A DNA stretch of 63,371 bases, filler included, from Octopus bimaculoides (GCF_001194135.2; 6 parts of 5 records of this genome joined end to end with filler, not necessarily neighbours in it); one strand, 5' to 3'. Shown: positions 39,471 to 51,864, counted from the whole stretch's first letter. Notes: generated from the sequence alone by a model not told the origin. Program-made: numbers and translations.

Positions 39471-39576
39471 CTAGCCTATAATCTGTTATCATCCGGATGC
39501 TCCGATCCGAAGAGTTACCATGGACTTCTGGGTAAAACTCCAGCCTCATCAACTTCTCTTGCCAGTCAAAAAGGAC
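39471..39576 (-). CDS. Host gene exon 7
   Basis: tatttccag|GTC ... CTAG|gttggt; 106 nt, phase 0 to 1; VLFDWQEKLMRLEFYPEVHGNSSDRSIRMITDYRL(G). Confidence 0.9.
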
Positions 39577-39678
39577 CTGGAAATAGAGTGAGAGTATGAG
39601 TGAGTGAACAAAAGTGTGAGTGACGGTACAACAGAGAGTGTAACAACAACAACAACAACAGCAACAGCTAATACTTAC

Positions 39679-39801
39679 GTTAAAAACAGACAGCCTGTGA
39701 TTGCGGGTGTTTATAATCTCACCATGGGTGGTGAACTGGGGTAGAATGTTGGGTAACTGGTGGTAATATATACTGGTGTTACATATTACACCTTGGGGTA
39801 C
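39679..39801 (-). CDS. Host gene exon 6
   Basis: ctattccag|GTA ... AAC|gtaagt; 123 nt, phase 0 to 0; VPQGVICNTSIYYHQLPNILPQFTTHGEIINTRNHRLSVFN. Confidence 0.9.
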
Positions 39802-40055
39802 CTGGAATAGAGAAATAAAGGGTGGGGGTAGAGGTGGTGGTGGTGGTGGTGGCGTACTGTTGCGGTGGTTGCCATAGTAACAATAGTGATGGTGGTGGTG
39901 GTGGTGGTTTTGTTTAGCTTCAGGTCTGTCCCAGCACTACAGAACCATGCTCAAAGGTTCCACTCATGACCATCCTGCCTTTTACCTTTGTACAGAGTTT
40001 GTTGGTCCTGTTGGCCCTTAATGTTCCTAAATTGGGGAAATGGTGTTTCACCTAC

Positions 40056-40150
40056 CTGGAAGACATCCTCATCAATTGTTGGGGTCGGGTCAAAGGTCAG
40101 AAACTGATAGATGTAGGTAAATGGTTCAGTTTTACCATCGGGACGTTTCA
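40056..40150 (-). CDS. Host gene exon 5
   Basis: tttgcag|TG ... CAG|gtaggt; 95 nt, phase 1 to 0; (V)KRPDGKTEPFTYIYQFLTFDPTPTIDEDVFQ. Confidence 0.9.
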
Positions 40151-40179
40151 CTGCAAAGTAGAGAGGTAGACAGACAGAC

Positions 40180-40210
<31 letters not shown>

Positions 40211-40373
40211 GATAGACATGTAGATAGATAGATAGACAGATAGATAGATAGATAGACAAAGAGGTAGATCAATAAATAGAGAGAGAGAGAGAGAGAGATA
40301 GGCAGACAAACAACAGACATAGACAGATAGATAGATAGACATAATAGAGACAGTCACACAGACAGACAGTCAG

Positions 40374-40411
<38 letters not shown>

Positions 40412-40443
40412 GCATTTAATTTGCAGACATATATACAACTCAC

Positions 40444-40588
40444 CAATTCCTTTCATCTCCACACGGACAGGACCTGTTGTTTCCAGTGAGAGGAAAGCTG
40501 TGTCTGCTTGCAGGAAATACTCAATGGTCATATTTAAAGTTGGCTCACATACACAGCTGCGGACAGCCTTCACTGGTATACCATTGAT
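40444..40588 (-). CDS. Host gene exon 4
   Basis: cccccaatag|ATC ... ATTG|gtgagt; 145 nt, phase 0 to 1; INGIPVKAVRSCVCEPTLNMTIEYFLQADTAFLSLETTGPVRVEMKGI. Confidence 0.9.
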
Positions 40589-40693
40589 CTATTGGGGGTG
40601 AAGGAACAAACATAAAAGCAAAAACAATTAGAATTTTTTTTTTGGCCAAGTTTATGGTATTTTTCATATATATATATATATACATGCACACAC

Positions 40694-40806
40694 CTGGAAT
40701 TTTGCAAAGTGAGGCCACAAGGTGAGAAGAGAATACAATTCCAAGAGAAAAGGACATGACGTTACTTAGAAGGGTACACTTCTTTTCTTGAGGGTGGTAC
40801 ATGCCC
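40694..40806 (-). CDS. Host gene exon 3 (contains in-frame TAA at 40766-40768)
   Basis: ag|GGGCATGT at the gap edge ... TTCCAG|gtgtgt; 113 nt, phase 1 to 0, fits both neighbours; (G)ACTTLKKRSVPF*VTSCPFLLELYSLLTLWPHFAKFQ; the acceptor pyrimidine tract is hidden in Ns. Confidence 0.55.
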
Positions 40807-41222
40807 CTNNNNNNNNNNNNNNNNNNNNNNNNNNNNNNNNNNNNNNNNNNNNNNNNNNNNNNNNNNNNNNNNNNNNNNNNNNNNNNNNNNNNNNNNNNNN
40901 NNNNNNNNNNNNNNNNNNNNNNNNNNNNNNNNNNNNNNNNNNNNNNNNNNNNNNNNNNNNNNNNNNNNNNNNNNNNNNNNNNNNNNNNNNNNNNNNNNNN
41001 NNNNNNNNNNNNNNNNNNNNNNNNNNNNNNNNNNNNNNNNNNNNNNNNNNNNNNNNNNNNNNNNNNNNNNNNNNNNNNNNNNNNNNNNNNNNNNNNNNNN
41101 NNNNNNNNNNNNNNNNNNNNNNNNNNNNNNNNNNNNNNNNNNNNNNNNNNNNNNNNNNNNNNNNNNNNNNNNNNNNNNNNNNNNNNNNNNNNNNNNNNNN
41201 NNNNNNNNNNNNNNNNNNNNNN

Positions 41223-41268
<46 letters not shown>

Positions 41269-41644
41269 GTATATATATATATAAATATATAGGCATTAGG
41301 AAGGGCATCCAGCTGTAGAAACTCTGCCAGATCAGATTGGAGCCTGGTGTGGCCTTCTGGTTCACCAGTCCTCAGTCAAACCGTCCAACCCATGCCAGCA
41401 TGGAAAGCGGACGTTAACAACGATGATGATGATATATATATATATATATGTATTATTTTATTCTTTTACTTGTTTCAATCGTTTGATTGTGACCATGCTG
41501 GAGCACCACCTTCAGTCAAGCAATTCAACCCCAAGACTTATTCTTTGTAACACTGGTACTCATTCTATCGGCCTCTTTTGCTGAACCGCTAAGTTGCACA
41601 ATCCCTCGATCTTACATTTATACATACAAACATATATATATATA

Positions 41645-41704
<60 letters not shown>

Positions 41705-41731
41705 TATCTATCTATCTATATATATATATAC

Positions 41732-41764
<33 letters not shown>

Positions 41765-42167
41765 TATATGTACATATATATATAAAGTTATTTGCATCTA
41801 TGTATATGTATATTTACCTATTTCTCTCTATATCTATATATATCTGTATCTATCCCTCCCTCTCTCCTACCGAATTGCAAAAGGGCAGATTAACCTATTT
41901 AGACCAATGTCACAAGACCGAGAAGTATTTACGTAGAAAGAGAGAGAGAGAAAGAGAGAGAGAGAAAGAGAGAGAGATAGTGAGAAAGTGGGTGGATGGA
42001 AATGTGTGTGTGTGTGTGGAGGAACTCTGATTGCTGTCATGTGATGCATATGAGCGGGAGATGATGCTGGATAGATAAAGCTGTGTGTGTGTGTATTTGC
42101 ACACAAACACACATTACTATATATTATGATATACATACACACATATATACTAATATACTCACACATA

Positions 42168-42249
<82 letters not shown>

Positions 42250-42455
42250 CATACATACATACATATTACATACATTTCCATACATGCACACACACGCACA
42301 CAGATATCCATCTGTGTGTGTGTGGCATGTGTCTGTATAGATCTATATATTCAAATGCTTGTTAGGTGTTGGGGTAGGGTACCACAGGTTCATACAGGGC
42401 TAGCAAAGGAACACATTTCATGGGGATAACCTCAACGCATACAACGTTTAGCCAA

Positions 42456-42486
<31 letters not shown>

Positions 42487-43017
42487 TGTGTGTGCGCACA
42501 TGCACCTGCTAATCCAGGACCTAAGGTGATGGAGACTTACTAGTTGAGATGCTGTGGAATGTAGCGGGTTGCTTTACATACTTGTCTGTCTGTTTGTCTG
42601 CCTGCTTGCCTGTCTGTCAGTTTGTCTGTCTGTTTGTCTCTGTCTCTCCCTCTCTCCCTCTCTTTCCACACATCACATTTGCCTGTGGTGCTGATGTAGA
42701 CCCTCTTGACTTGCGTAGTGACTTAATTTCAAGTGAAGCAGTCTTGTGGCCCCCAACCACAATCTCTTCTCAGTTACCAGAGAAAGGTTAAAAGGTAAAG
42801 TTTCTTTTTTGAATCACAGGGGCAATAAACACTGAAGATGTACAGAAAAGAGATTCCATCATATGCCAGGGGAAGAAACTAGAAGTAGTTAATACAAAGC
42901 GACCAAGTCGGTAGTGGGGGGGGGGGTTGCTCTGAGAGTGTAGCAACTCGGGTAAGAATAGCCTGGGCAAAGTTCTGCTGGCAACAAAAGGTCTCTTGCT
43001 CAGGGTGAAAGGTAGAC

Positions 43018-43430
43018 TTTATGATACATGCGTGTGAACTGCCATTCTACTCAGCAGTGAAACATAGGCCATGAATGCTGGGGACATGCGTAGGCTTGAA
43101 AGAAATGAAGCTAGTATGATCCGCTGGATGTGTAATGTCAGAGTGCATACACAACAGTGTGTAAGCACCCTGAGAGAAAAGTTGGACATAAGAAGCATCA
43201 AATGTGGTCTGCAAGAGAGATGGTTGAGCTGGTATGGCCATGTGGTACATATAAATGAAGACAGCTGTGTGAGGAAGTGCCACTTCCTAAATGTAGAAGG
43301 AACCTGTAAAAGAGGTGGACCCAGGAAGACATGGAATGAGGTAGTGAAGCATGACCTTCGAACATTGGGCCTCTCAGAGGCAATGACAGAAGACTGGGAC
43401 CTTTGGAGATATGCTGTGATTGATATACAG
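43018..43430 (+). pseudogene. 5'-truncated RTE LINE 3' end (in intron 2, antisense to the host gene)
   Basis: MRRLERNEASMIRWMCNV...WLSWYGHV...RGGPRKTWNEVVKHDLRTLGL...DWDLWR matches the RTE C-terminal motif set. Confidence 0.9.
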
Positions 43431-43630
43431 GCACATATATATACCCAGCACTGAAAATAAGTAACTTCCAAATGTGATTTACTGCTTATATATTTTGCTG
43501 CAATTATCAGACCTAGATGGGATAAAGTCTGCAAAACACCTTCGCAAAATAAGCTAAACTGCCAATGCTAAGTGTCTGATTTCTATGGTTTCTATAAAAT
43601 ATTGTAATGGTGATCACTCATTCCTCTTAC

Positions 43631-43766
43631 CGTTGTAATAAACAATCTTCTGGTGCTTGTAATCAATTATTTGTGTTCTCTTGCGGTGACGTCTGTACTC
43701 AGTGATTGATCCAGCCTTTAGTTTAGTCATGTCATAATACTCCTCCACCAGGCTCGTTTGGTTCCG
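43631..43766 (-). CDS. Host gene exon 2
   Basis: cacag|CGG ... AACG|gtaaga; 136 nt, phase 0 to 1; RNQTSLVEEYYDMTKLKAGSITEYRRHRKRTQIIDYKHQKIVYYN(G). Confidence 0.85.
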
Positions 43767-44205
43767 CTGTGGTGGTCATGGTCAGAGTTTTGTGTTGGGG
43801 AAGCAATCATGAAAAATAAGAGAATATATGACAATCATTCATTTCTCAGAAACTATAGAGGTTAATAAGTTATTATATTGGATATCATGAGAGTACTTTT
43901 TAAAACTTCAGCTTTTAGACAAGAGAAAAGAACCAAAGTTCATGAACTCATCCATGAAAATCCAGTCACATATAGAAAAATTTGATAAGTAAATACACTA
44001 AAAAGAACTATGTATGCTAGGTAAGTGCTGTAATGGATTACGCAGGATTACACCTAAGGACTTATGCACTTATTTCTACATCAGGAAGTTGAACTGTCAA
44101 CCTTTATGCTTCTTTTTTCTTCTCTCGCTTCATCTCCTTATTCCCTTACTCCCTTCCTCCATGTTGTCATTTCATTAATATATACCCTTCTCATTTTCCC
44201 TATTT

Positions 44206-44260
44206 GTCTCTGATGACGGAATACCACATACTCTGGGATATCCCGAAACAGCTGTAAGAC
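44206..44260 (+). ncRNA. Type I hammerhead ribozyme (canonical core)
   Basis: gtct-CTGATGA-cggaatacca..tgggatatccc-GAAAC-agct-GTA-agac; stem I gtct/agac, palindromic stem III acagctgt, GUA cleavage triplet. Confidence 0.8.
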
Positions 44261-44336
44261 TGAATTTTTTTCGAATAATAATTATGTAAATGATTTGAGA
44301 TGATTGCTTGCCTTAATGTTTGCTGTCTTCTCTAGC

Positions 44337-44374
<38 letters not shown>

Positions 44375-44528
44375 GCATACACACACACAATCTAATGCAT
44401 TGCCTCTGATCTAAACATCACACATAGCAATAGAAGAAAGTGATACAGTATGCAACATCAACAACAACAAAATGTCCAGCCCTTGGTGGGGCTGCTGTCA
44501 ATAAAAGTTAATACCAGTGATACTCTAC

Positions 44529-44696
44529 CATGACGTCTGTAAGCTGGATTCGAGCCTTGAACATCTGTGGCAGCAGGCGGAAGATGTGTGGTGGGGGCTT
44601 CGTTTTAAGGGGTTTGCAGGTGCCTAAACAGCTGTCTGACCCATGGAATTGTAGAAGCAATACAAGTGTGAGAATTTCAAATAATGTCGGCAGCAT
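44529..44696 (-). CDS. Host gene coding exon 1 (signal peptide; secreted or membrane ependymin/LolA-like repeat protein)
   Basis: tatttcag|ATG ... ATG|gtagag; 168 nt, ends phase 0; MLPTLFEILTLVLLLQFHGSDSCLGTCKPLKTKPPPHIFRLLPQMFKARIQLTDVM has a hydrophobic N-terminus. Confidence 0.85.
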
Positions 44697-45409
44697 CTGA
44701 AATATATTTCATAAGATACATCATCATCATCATCATTATCATCAACACCACCACTATCATCATCATCACTATCATCATCATTGTCATTGAAAGATGGTTG
44801 AATAGAACAATGAAGAGAAAATCGTAGAGAAGTGACAAAAGGAAAAATTGAGAGACTGAAACATGAAGAATGAAAAAGGAAAAGAGAAAAAATATTTTAA
44901 AGTATTTCAAATTATTATTAAATATTTTAAAAATATATTAAAAAATATATTAAAAAATATATCAATCATTCGTTTTTCGTTTTTCAATTTTGCAATTTAT
45001 CAATTTGTCAATTTTTCCTTTTGTCACTTCTCCATGGTTTTCTCTTCATTATTCTATTCTACCATCTTTCAACCCAAACCCTTGGTTTCCGCATCAATAA
45101 ACCACAACACCCCCTCCTCCAAATATCATCTCCTCCTTCTACCTGTTCATTCTTACCAAAACTTCAACTTTAATTCTCTTACTACAGCTCCCTCCTCTCT
45201 CACCATCCTACTTTGGCATCACCCTGTCGCATCTCTCTGTACTTTGTTGAATCTTGCACGTCCCCCCCCTTTTTTTTTTCACTATTTGAACTGTTTTTTC
45301 TTTCTTTTCCTTCCATTTTTTTTTTTCATGTTGTTCTCGATACTTCTATTTCCTCTTCTTTGTTCCCTAGTTTGCCCTTTTCCTATAATGTACCCCTTTT
45401 TTGACTTAC

Positions 45410-45460
45410 AGTCAAGGTGTGAGTTGTGTAGCAAGCGTTGTTATGGCTAAATAATAATAA
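45410..45460 (-). other. Candidate 5' UTR exon of the host gene
   Basis: Consensus donor GACT|gtaagt at 45409-45404. The ATG exon starts right at an acceptor, so an upstream non-coding exon is required. The 5' boundary is a guess. Confidence 0.35.
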
Positions 45461-46658
45461 TAATAATAAACAGAGCAGAGTTACGTCCGTTAATGGCAGG
45501 AAGAGCATCCAGCTGTAGAAACCGTGCCAAATGAGAAACTGGGGCCTGGTGCAGGCTCCTGGCTTACCTGTCCTCAGTCAAACCGTCCAACCCATGCCAG
45601 CATGGAAAGTGGACATTAAACGATGATGATGATGATGTCTATATACTGTTGTTCTTACTGGATATGAGTTAGAATAAGAACAGAACTAAATGAGTGAAGA
45701 ACAANNNNNNNNNNACATACATGTATATATATATATATATATGCTTTTCTTTAGGACTTATGTTTTCTTCCAACTACTGATGACTGTGTATTTGTGTATA
45801 TTATGTGTGTGTGTGTGCTGGTATGTGTGCGTGTGATGAAACAATGGTGTCACCATGGTAAACAAAAGACACATTAGGTGTGTCTAATCCGCTAAGATTA
45901 ACTAATCCCCTTCCCCACTCTTTACCCCTCTACACCAAGCATTTCAAAAAAGGATTAATGACACAATTAATTTTAAAAAACCCAAATAAATGCTCGTTAT
46001 ATAAAACTTAATTAAGACAACCTAAATAACCGAAATATCTCTGCTGACATGCTGTTGTTGTTGATTAGCCCTGGGTCAAGCCTGACCCAGTCTGGTTTGT
46101 TACTTTTCTTTATTTCCCAGGTTTCTGAAAGGACAGAGAAACCACTCAATGGCCAGCAGAGTGGCAAGTATGCAATATGTGTAATCTGCAGTTTGGAGAT
46201 AGGAGAGAAAGTATTTTTATATAAAGTACGTGTCTGAACAACCCAGGGTGGATCTCTTTATTAAGTTGGGTTGTGTTACCTGCATACACTGCAAGAATAT
46301 CAAGTGCAAACACTTCTGCTCAGAGTTTGATATTCACCTGAGATTGTTTGGGTGTGCAAATTAGATCGACCTAACGAGGTGCCTCAATTCGAGCGCCTAA
46401 TTCGTCTGACTCTTAGTTCTATGTTAAGAAAAAGGCACCATGTGAATGTTGTTGATGCCAGTGTTGATGGCCCCTGACTGGCTCCCATGCTGGTGCTGTG
46501 TAAAAAGCACCATCCAAACATGGTCGATGCCAGTAACCCACTGAACGGCTCTCATGCTGGTAGCCTGTAAAAAGCACCATCCGGTGCCACCCGACTGGCT
46601 CCTGTACCAGTGGCATTTCACCCGGTGTGCGAACAATTCTTCTCGCTCACAGCACTCG

Positions 46659-46696
<38 letters not shown>

Positions 46697-46989
46697 TTTC
46701 ATTTATTTGCCACAAGGGCGAAGGATGGGGGGGGGNNNNNNNNNNNNNNNNNNNNNNNNNNNNNNNNNNNNNNNNNNNNNNNNNNNNNNNNNNNNNGGGG
46801 GGGGGTTACATATAATAAGGAAATTAAAAAAATAAATAGAATAAAATAAAACTTTTAAAACAAAAAAATAAATAAATAAATAAAATGAAAGAGAAATAAA
46901 GTATACATGATGAACTCTGGCAAAGAGGGGACATATGCATAAAATAAAACAGATATGGGGGTGGGATGAGAGAGATGTGGCCCTCATGA

Positions 46990-47212
46990 GAGAGGAATGC
47001 CTCTAGGGATAATTAAGGAACTCCACAGCCTGAGATTTTCCTGAAACCCTTTGAGCAAGTGGCCTCTCCGATCCCTTCTCTCCAACTCACAGGTCTACAC
47101 TTAGAGAGGGACCGTCCACTCTTGCCATTGTCACAACTTTCACTCACCTTTCAATAAACTCACTCGAGGACAGCTCTTCCTTCTCCACTCTCACTTTCCT
47201 TTTCAAGTGAAT
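46990..47212 (-). mobile_element. Possible L1/Tx1-clade 3' fragment
   Basis: HLKRKVRVEKEELSSSEFIER*VKVVTMARVDG resembles Tx1 ORF2 C-termini; recalled from memory, not searched. Confidence 0.4.
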
Positions 47213-47283
47213 AATAACAATAATAACAATAACAACAACAATAATAATAATAATAATAATAATAATGGTGGTGGTGGGAAGGG

Positions 47284-47520
47284 AGTGAAGGGTTTATCTT
47301 AGCTGCTCAAGGTCAGAGCTTATTGACCCGGAACTATGAAGCCAATGTGATGAAAAATGGTGTAGACCCAAACAGTGCTGATACTGCAACGATGGCTGAG
47401 AAGGAGTTGACCACCTAATCTCTGGATGTAAGGTTTTAGCCCCTGAGGAGTACAAATCAAGACAGGAGAGAATTGGTCAATATCTATATTGGATAATGTG
47501 TCGGCATTATAAAATCAAAA
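47284..47520 (+). mobile_element. R4/Dong-like fragment (CCHC zinc knuckle)
   Basis: EGFILAAQGQSLLTRNYEANVMKNGVDP, frameshift, then C*YC..GVDHLISGCKVLAPEEYKSRQERIGQYLYWIMC; preceded by (AAT)n. Confidence 0.8.
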
Positions 47521-47987
47521 TCATCATCATCATATATATANNNNNNNNNNNNNNNNNNNNNNNNNNNNNNNNNNNNNNNNNNNNNNNNNNNNNNNNNNNN
47601 NNNNNNNNNNNNNNNNNNNNNNNNNNNNNNNNNNNNNNNNNNNNNNNNNNNNNNNNNNNNNNNNNNNNNNNNNNNNNNNNNNNNNNNNNNNNNNNNNNNN
47701 NNNNNNNNNNNNNNNNNNNNNNNNNNNNNNNNNNNNNNNNNNNNNNNNNNNNNNNNNNNNNNNNNNNNNNNNNNNNNNNNNNNNNNNNNNNNNNNNNNNN
47801 NNNNNNNNNNNNNNNNNNNNNNNNNNNNNNNNNNNNNNNNNNNNNNNNNNNNNNNNNNNNNNNNNNNNNNNNNNNNNNNNNNNNNNNNNNNNNNNNNNNN
47901 NNNNNNNNNNNNNNNNNNNNNNNNNNNNNNNAATATATAATAGTATCCATATGAAAGACAACCTAAAAATAAATACTTCTGAGGTTC

Positions 47988-48030
<43 letters not shown>

Positions 48031-48791
48031 GTATATATAACATGACACACAGACACACATATGTATCCAGATTTCACTTACCTCGGGAAACATCTGTATT
48101 GTGTATATACATATATATATATATGAGTGTATGTATGTGTTTGTGTGTGTGTATATATATATATATATACACACACATGCACAGCAACGACAAACTACAA
48201 TTACTGCGTGTAGAAAATGTAAAAGTATTTAACAATTGTAAATATGTGTGTGTATTATATATGCATTTGTGGTCTTCTTCCTGTTGTTGTTGCTGTTAAA
48301 TCCTTGCCTGTTGTTGTGCAAAACTCTAAACACAGACAAGGGCCAATGTGACCGTTTGCTGGGGAGACGGTTGGTGTGAGCTGTGAGTTGCAAATATGAG
48401 TGGGAGTGAGAGTGAGAGTGAGGGCATGAGTGTGGGTGGCAAAGAGAGATTCCACTGCTGACAATGTCTACTCCAGCTGTGATGGTGGTGGTGGTGATGA
48501 CGATGATGATGAGTGATGGTGGTGGAGATGGTGGTGGTGGAGATNNNNNNNNNNNNNNNNNNNNNNNNNNNNNNNNNNNNNNNNNNNNTTAATTAATTAA
48601 NNNNNNNNNNNNNNNNNNNNNNNNNNNNNNNNNNNNNNNNNNNNCTTAACAGTCATGGCTGAAATCCAATTTTGAAAGTATTGTTCAAATTTTTTATTAT
48701 TTTGGAATTAAGAAAGGTATCTAAAATAACTTCTTTTACACACACACACACCACACATATACACACACTCTATCTCTCTATCTATCTATCT

Positions 48792-49460
48792 AGGTAAAAC
48801 TTCAATACGAATTATGTCATTTCTTGCTGTGTGCACGTGCAAAGTTACAGCTCAACTTCAATTGAAATGACCTTTTTTTATTTTGTAATTCGTGTTTGTG
48901 ATGAGCGTAAGAGAAATATAGTTATATTACGGGTTCGAGTGTTGTAATGCAATGGTAAAGGAAACACAATTATGACATTACCTCATTTATTCGATATGAC
49001 CACCTCTGTTTCGAATCGCAACCTTAAGTCTAGGGGCGAATGCTTCACACACGTCACGCAACAGTCCTTGCGGAATCGAAGCCCATTCCTGATGCAGTTT
49101 TGCCTTCAGACCGTCGAACGAAGCATGAGGAGTGCTCAAGACCCTCGTCTCCAAATTGGACCAAACAGCAAAATCTAACGGATTGAGATTGGGTCTTCTT
49201 AGGAACCATGCACCTTTGCCTAGGAACGACGGAATGTTTTTCTGAATCCAGTGTTGTGTCTATTTGGAGCTGTGGGATGGTGTCGATTCCTGCTGGAGGC
49301 TCCAAGATGCACCTTGAAAGTGCTCATTACCCCATGGAAGCAGTTCAGCTTCCAGAATGTCGCTAATATATCACTGAATGTTAATTTTAATACCCGAGGG
49401 CACAAAAACGAGGTGAGACCTTCCAGTAGCTGCCATAGCCACCTAAACCATGACTAATGG
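48792..49460 (-). mobile_element. maT/DD37D Tc1-mariner remnant (3' half)
   Basis: VMV*VAMAATGRSHLVFV..LQQESTPSH..PNLNPLDFAVWSNLE..RLKVAIRNRGGHIE* (stop 48987-48989); 37 residues between the D2 position (E here) and D3. Confidence 0.85.
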
Positions 49461-50201
49461 TGAATTTTGAGAAACATTTATGAAAATGTTCACATAAATA
49501 TTGTATTAAAATAAGTTGTCTTTACAGACCATCTTTGCAATTATCTATATAATTGATAGCAAAGTTTGTATAAAATGGAATTAAATCCAGGCTTAGTCAC
49601 AAATCGATCAAGCTAGTAAAGTTAAACATTTTTTAGGACAACATAGTGTCTCCATACATTCTAATGAAAAATTGAAAGAAAGAGATGTCATTCTCTTTCG
49701 GAAGAGAAATTATTTTTTGACGGTGGTGAGGTGGTGAGGAAAACATTTGTTTTATCATCACAATTGAAAAGATATTCCGAGGTGTTACATCACACAAGTC
49801 GATAATTTCTTTATATTTTTTCAATTTTCTGACTGTGTAAGGACCCCGCTTGGCCCTGCCGGTGATTCGAAACTGAATCCACTCACTTGTTGCTTGTCAA
49901 GAAATTCTCAAATCTCTTTGTTTTTGCATCTCCACAATGGATGATGTATAGCAAACACTTGACTTATGACACTTTCCACGTCATTCAGAGGTCAGTCCTT
50001 TGTTTTAGATGAGACCTACTTTTGAATGGCCACTATATAATAGAAAAATCCACTTTCGCTGACCTATTCGACTTTCTATTCGAAGAACATTTTCACAGAT
50101 TCCGCCTGTAATCAACTGTTTTGTTTATTTCTGACTGCTTTTGGCTAATTTAAAACTTTTTCTTTTTGGTTCTTTAACTGTTTGGACTTTTTTCATATTC
50201 G

Positions 50202-51060
50202 ATGGACTGTCCGAGATTCGAAATGCCGAACAATTTATCGAAAGATAATTTCGTGCAATATTTCAAGGATAATGGCATAACTGCGGAACATATGATTTGT
50301 ACCTGCGGCAATGAAATGTGTATAACGCCTTCTCGGCGTGCAGGAGACGGGGGTGATACCGCAGGTGCAAAAAAATGGTATCAATCTGTACCAACACTTT
50401 CTTGGAAAAAAGCTTGCTATCTATCTACAAAATTTTTAATATCATTTTCGACTTTATTTTCGAAATACCGGTAACCAGTTCCATGTCAGCGAACAAAGTC
50501 AGCAAAATCACGGCAATACAGTGGTATGAATATTACCGAGAAATCTGCTCGCAAAAATTATTAAAAGATAAAAAAAAATAAATTGGGTGTCTCGAATCAT
50601 GTAGTAGAAGTGGACGAAAGCTTAATGTTTAATAGAAAAAATGAAGTCGGATGTTTGGTGCAGTCATACTGGGTTGTTGGTTTCTATGACAACACCCAGA
50701 AGAAAGGATATCTGCAACATGATGAAGATAGAAAAGCAGAAACACTCGAGGTACTCATTATGGAAAACGTCGGACTAGGGTCTATAGTATTTACAGACCA
50801 CTGGACTGGTTACCAAAATCTAAAAAAACTTGGATACATCCACTCAGAATTTTGTGGACCGAGAGAGTGGTGTATGTACGATTAGAGTGGAGGCGTACTG
50901 GAACAGAATTAAAAGAAGGCTGAAATATAAATTCGGGTCGAGTGGAAATCTGCGACGGTCGCACGTCGACGAGGCCATGTACATTTATAACTTGACGTGT
51001 GACCGAGCATGAGAGAATTATAAGACCTTCATAAAACACTTTGCAGAAATTTACCCACAA
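50202..51060 (+). pseudogene. Merlin (IS1595/IS1016-like) transposase, frameshifted
   Basis: CTCG zinc-finger start, VVEVDESLM, WVVG, RKAETLEVLI, IVFTDHWTGY, QNFVDRESGVCTIRVEAYWNRIK. Confidence 0.88.
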
Positions 51061-51753
51061 TGATTTTTGAAAGGTATGTAAATGATAATTCTCATAACAT
51101 ATTTCTGTGTACTTTTTGGGGCATACCTACACAAGTGTGACTCCTTCGATTTTCTTTCCTCACAACTGTCTGAAAAATGGAAAACGATGGAATGCGCATT
51201 GTACACCCCAACCCAAAAAATTTCATTAAAAGACATCCATTTCTCTGTGATCTTTCGGTATACCCCTCAGTACTGTCAAAATTCGATCATATGGGACCAT
51301 ATGCTTGTTCGTTAATTTCTGTAAATTTTTTTATTTATTTACTTTTCGCGTACCGTATTCAACTCTATGTATTAGTAGTCAGTCATACACACACACAAGC
51401 ACACACATACACCCATTATCTTTCATATACACGTGCATACATAAATACGTATGAATACGTCATTTTTGTGTGTATACGTGCATAGATAGCTTGACACACG
51501 GGCAAATACATAAAAATATACAATCGTATGATACACACACACACACACACACACACATACACACACACACACACACACATATGTATATATACATATACAT
51601 ACACATACTATCAGAGGCACCCTGAGTTACCCAGGAATGAAATTGTTTCTTATATATTGGAAGAAAAAAGCAAAATATGTTGTGTAGAAATTTATTATTC
51701 TAAATTCAATTTTATCTTTCAATTGGGAAATCAATTCTGAATTCATAATACAA

Positions 51754-51807
<54 letters not shown>

Positions 51808-51864
51808 CGAAAATACAAAATTTATGAAGGGAGATAAATTCTATCACATATTGAAGGAAATTAC

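Noticed and set aside
42700-42790. Plus-strand exon-like segment DPLDLRSDLISSEAVLWPPTTISSQLPEK
   Set aside because: The pyrimidine tract is a simple repeat and no partner exons were found
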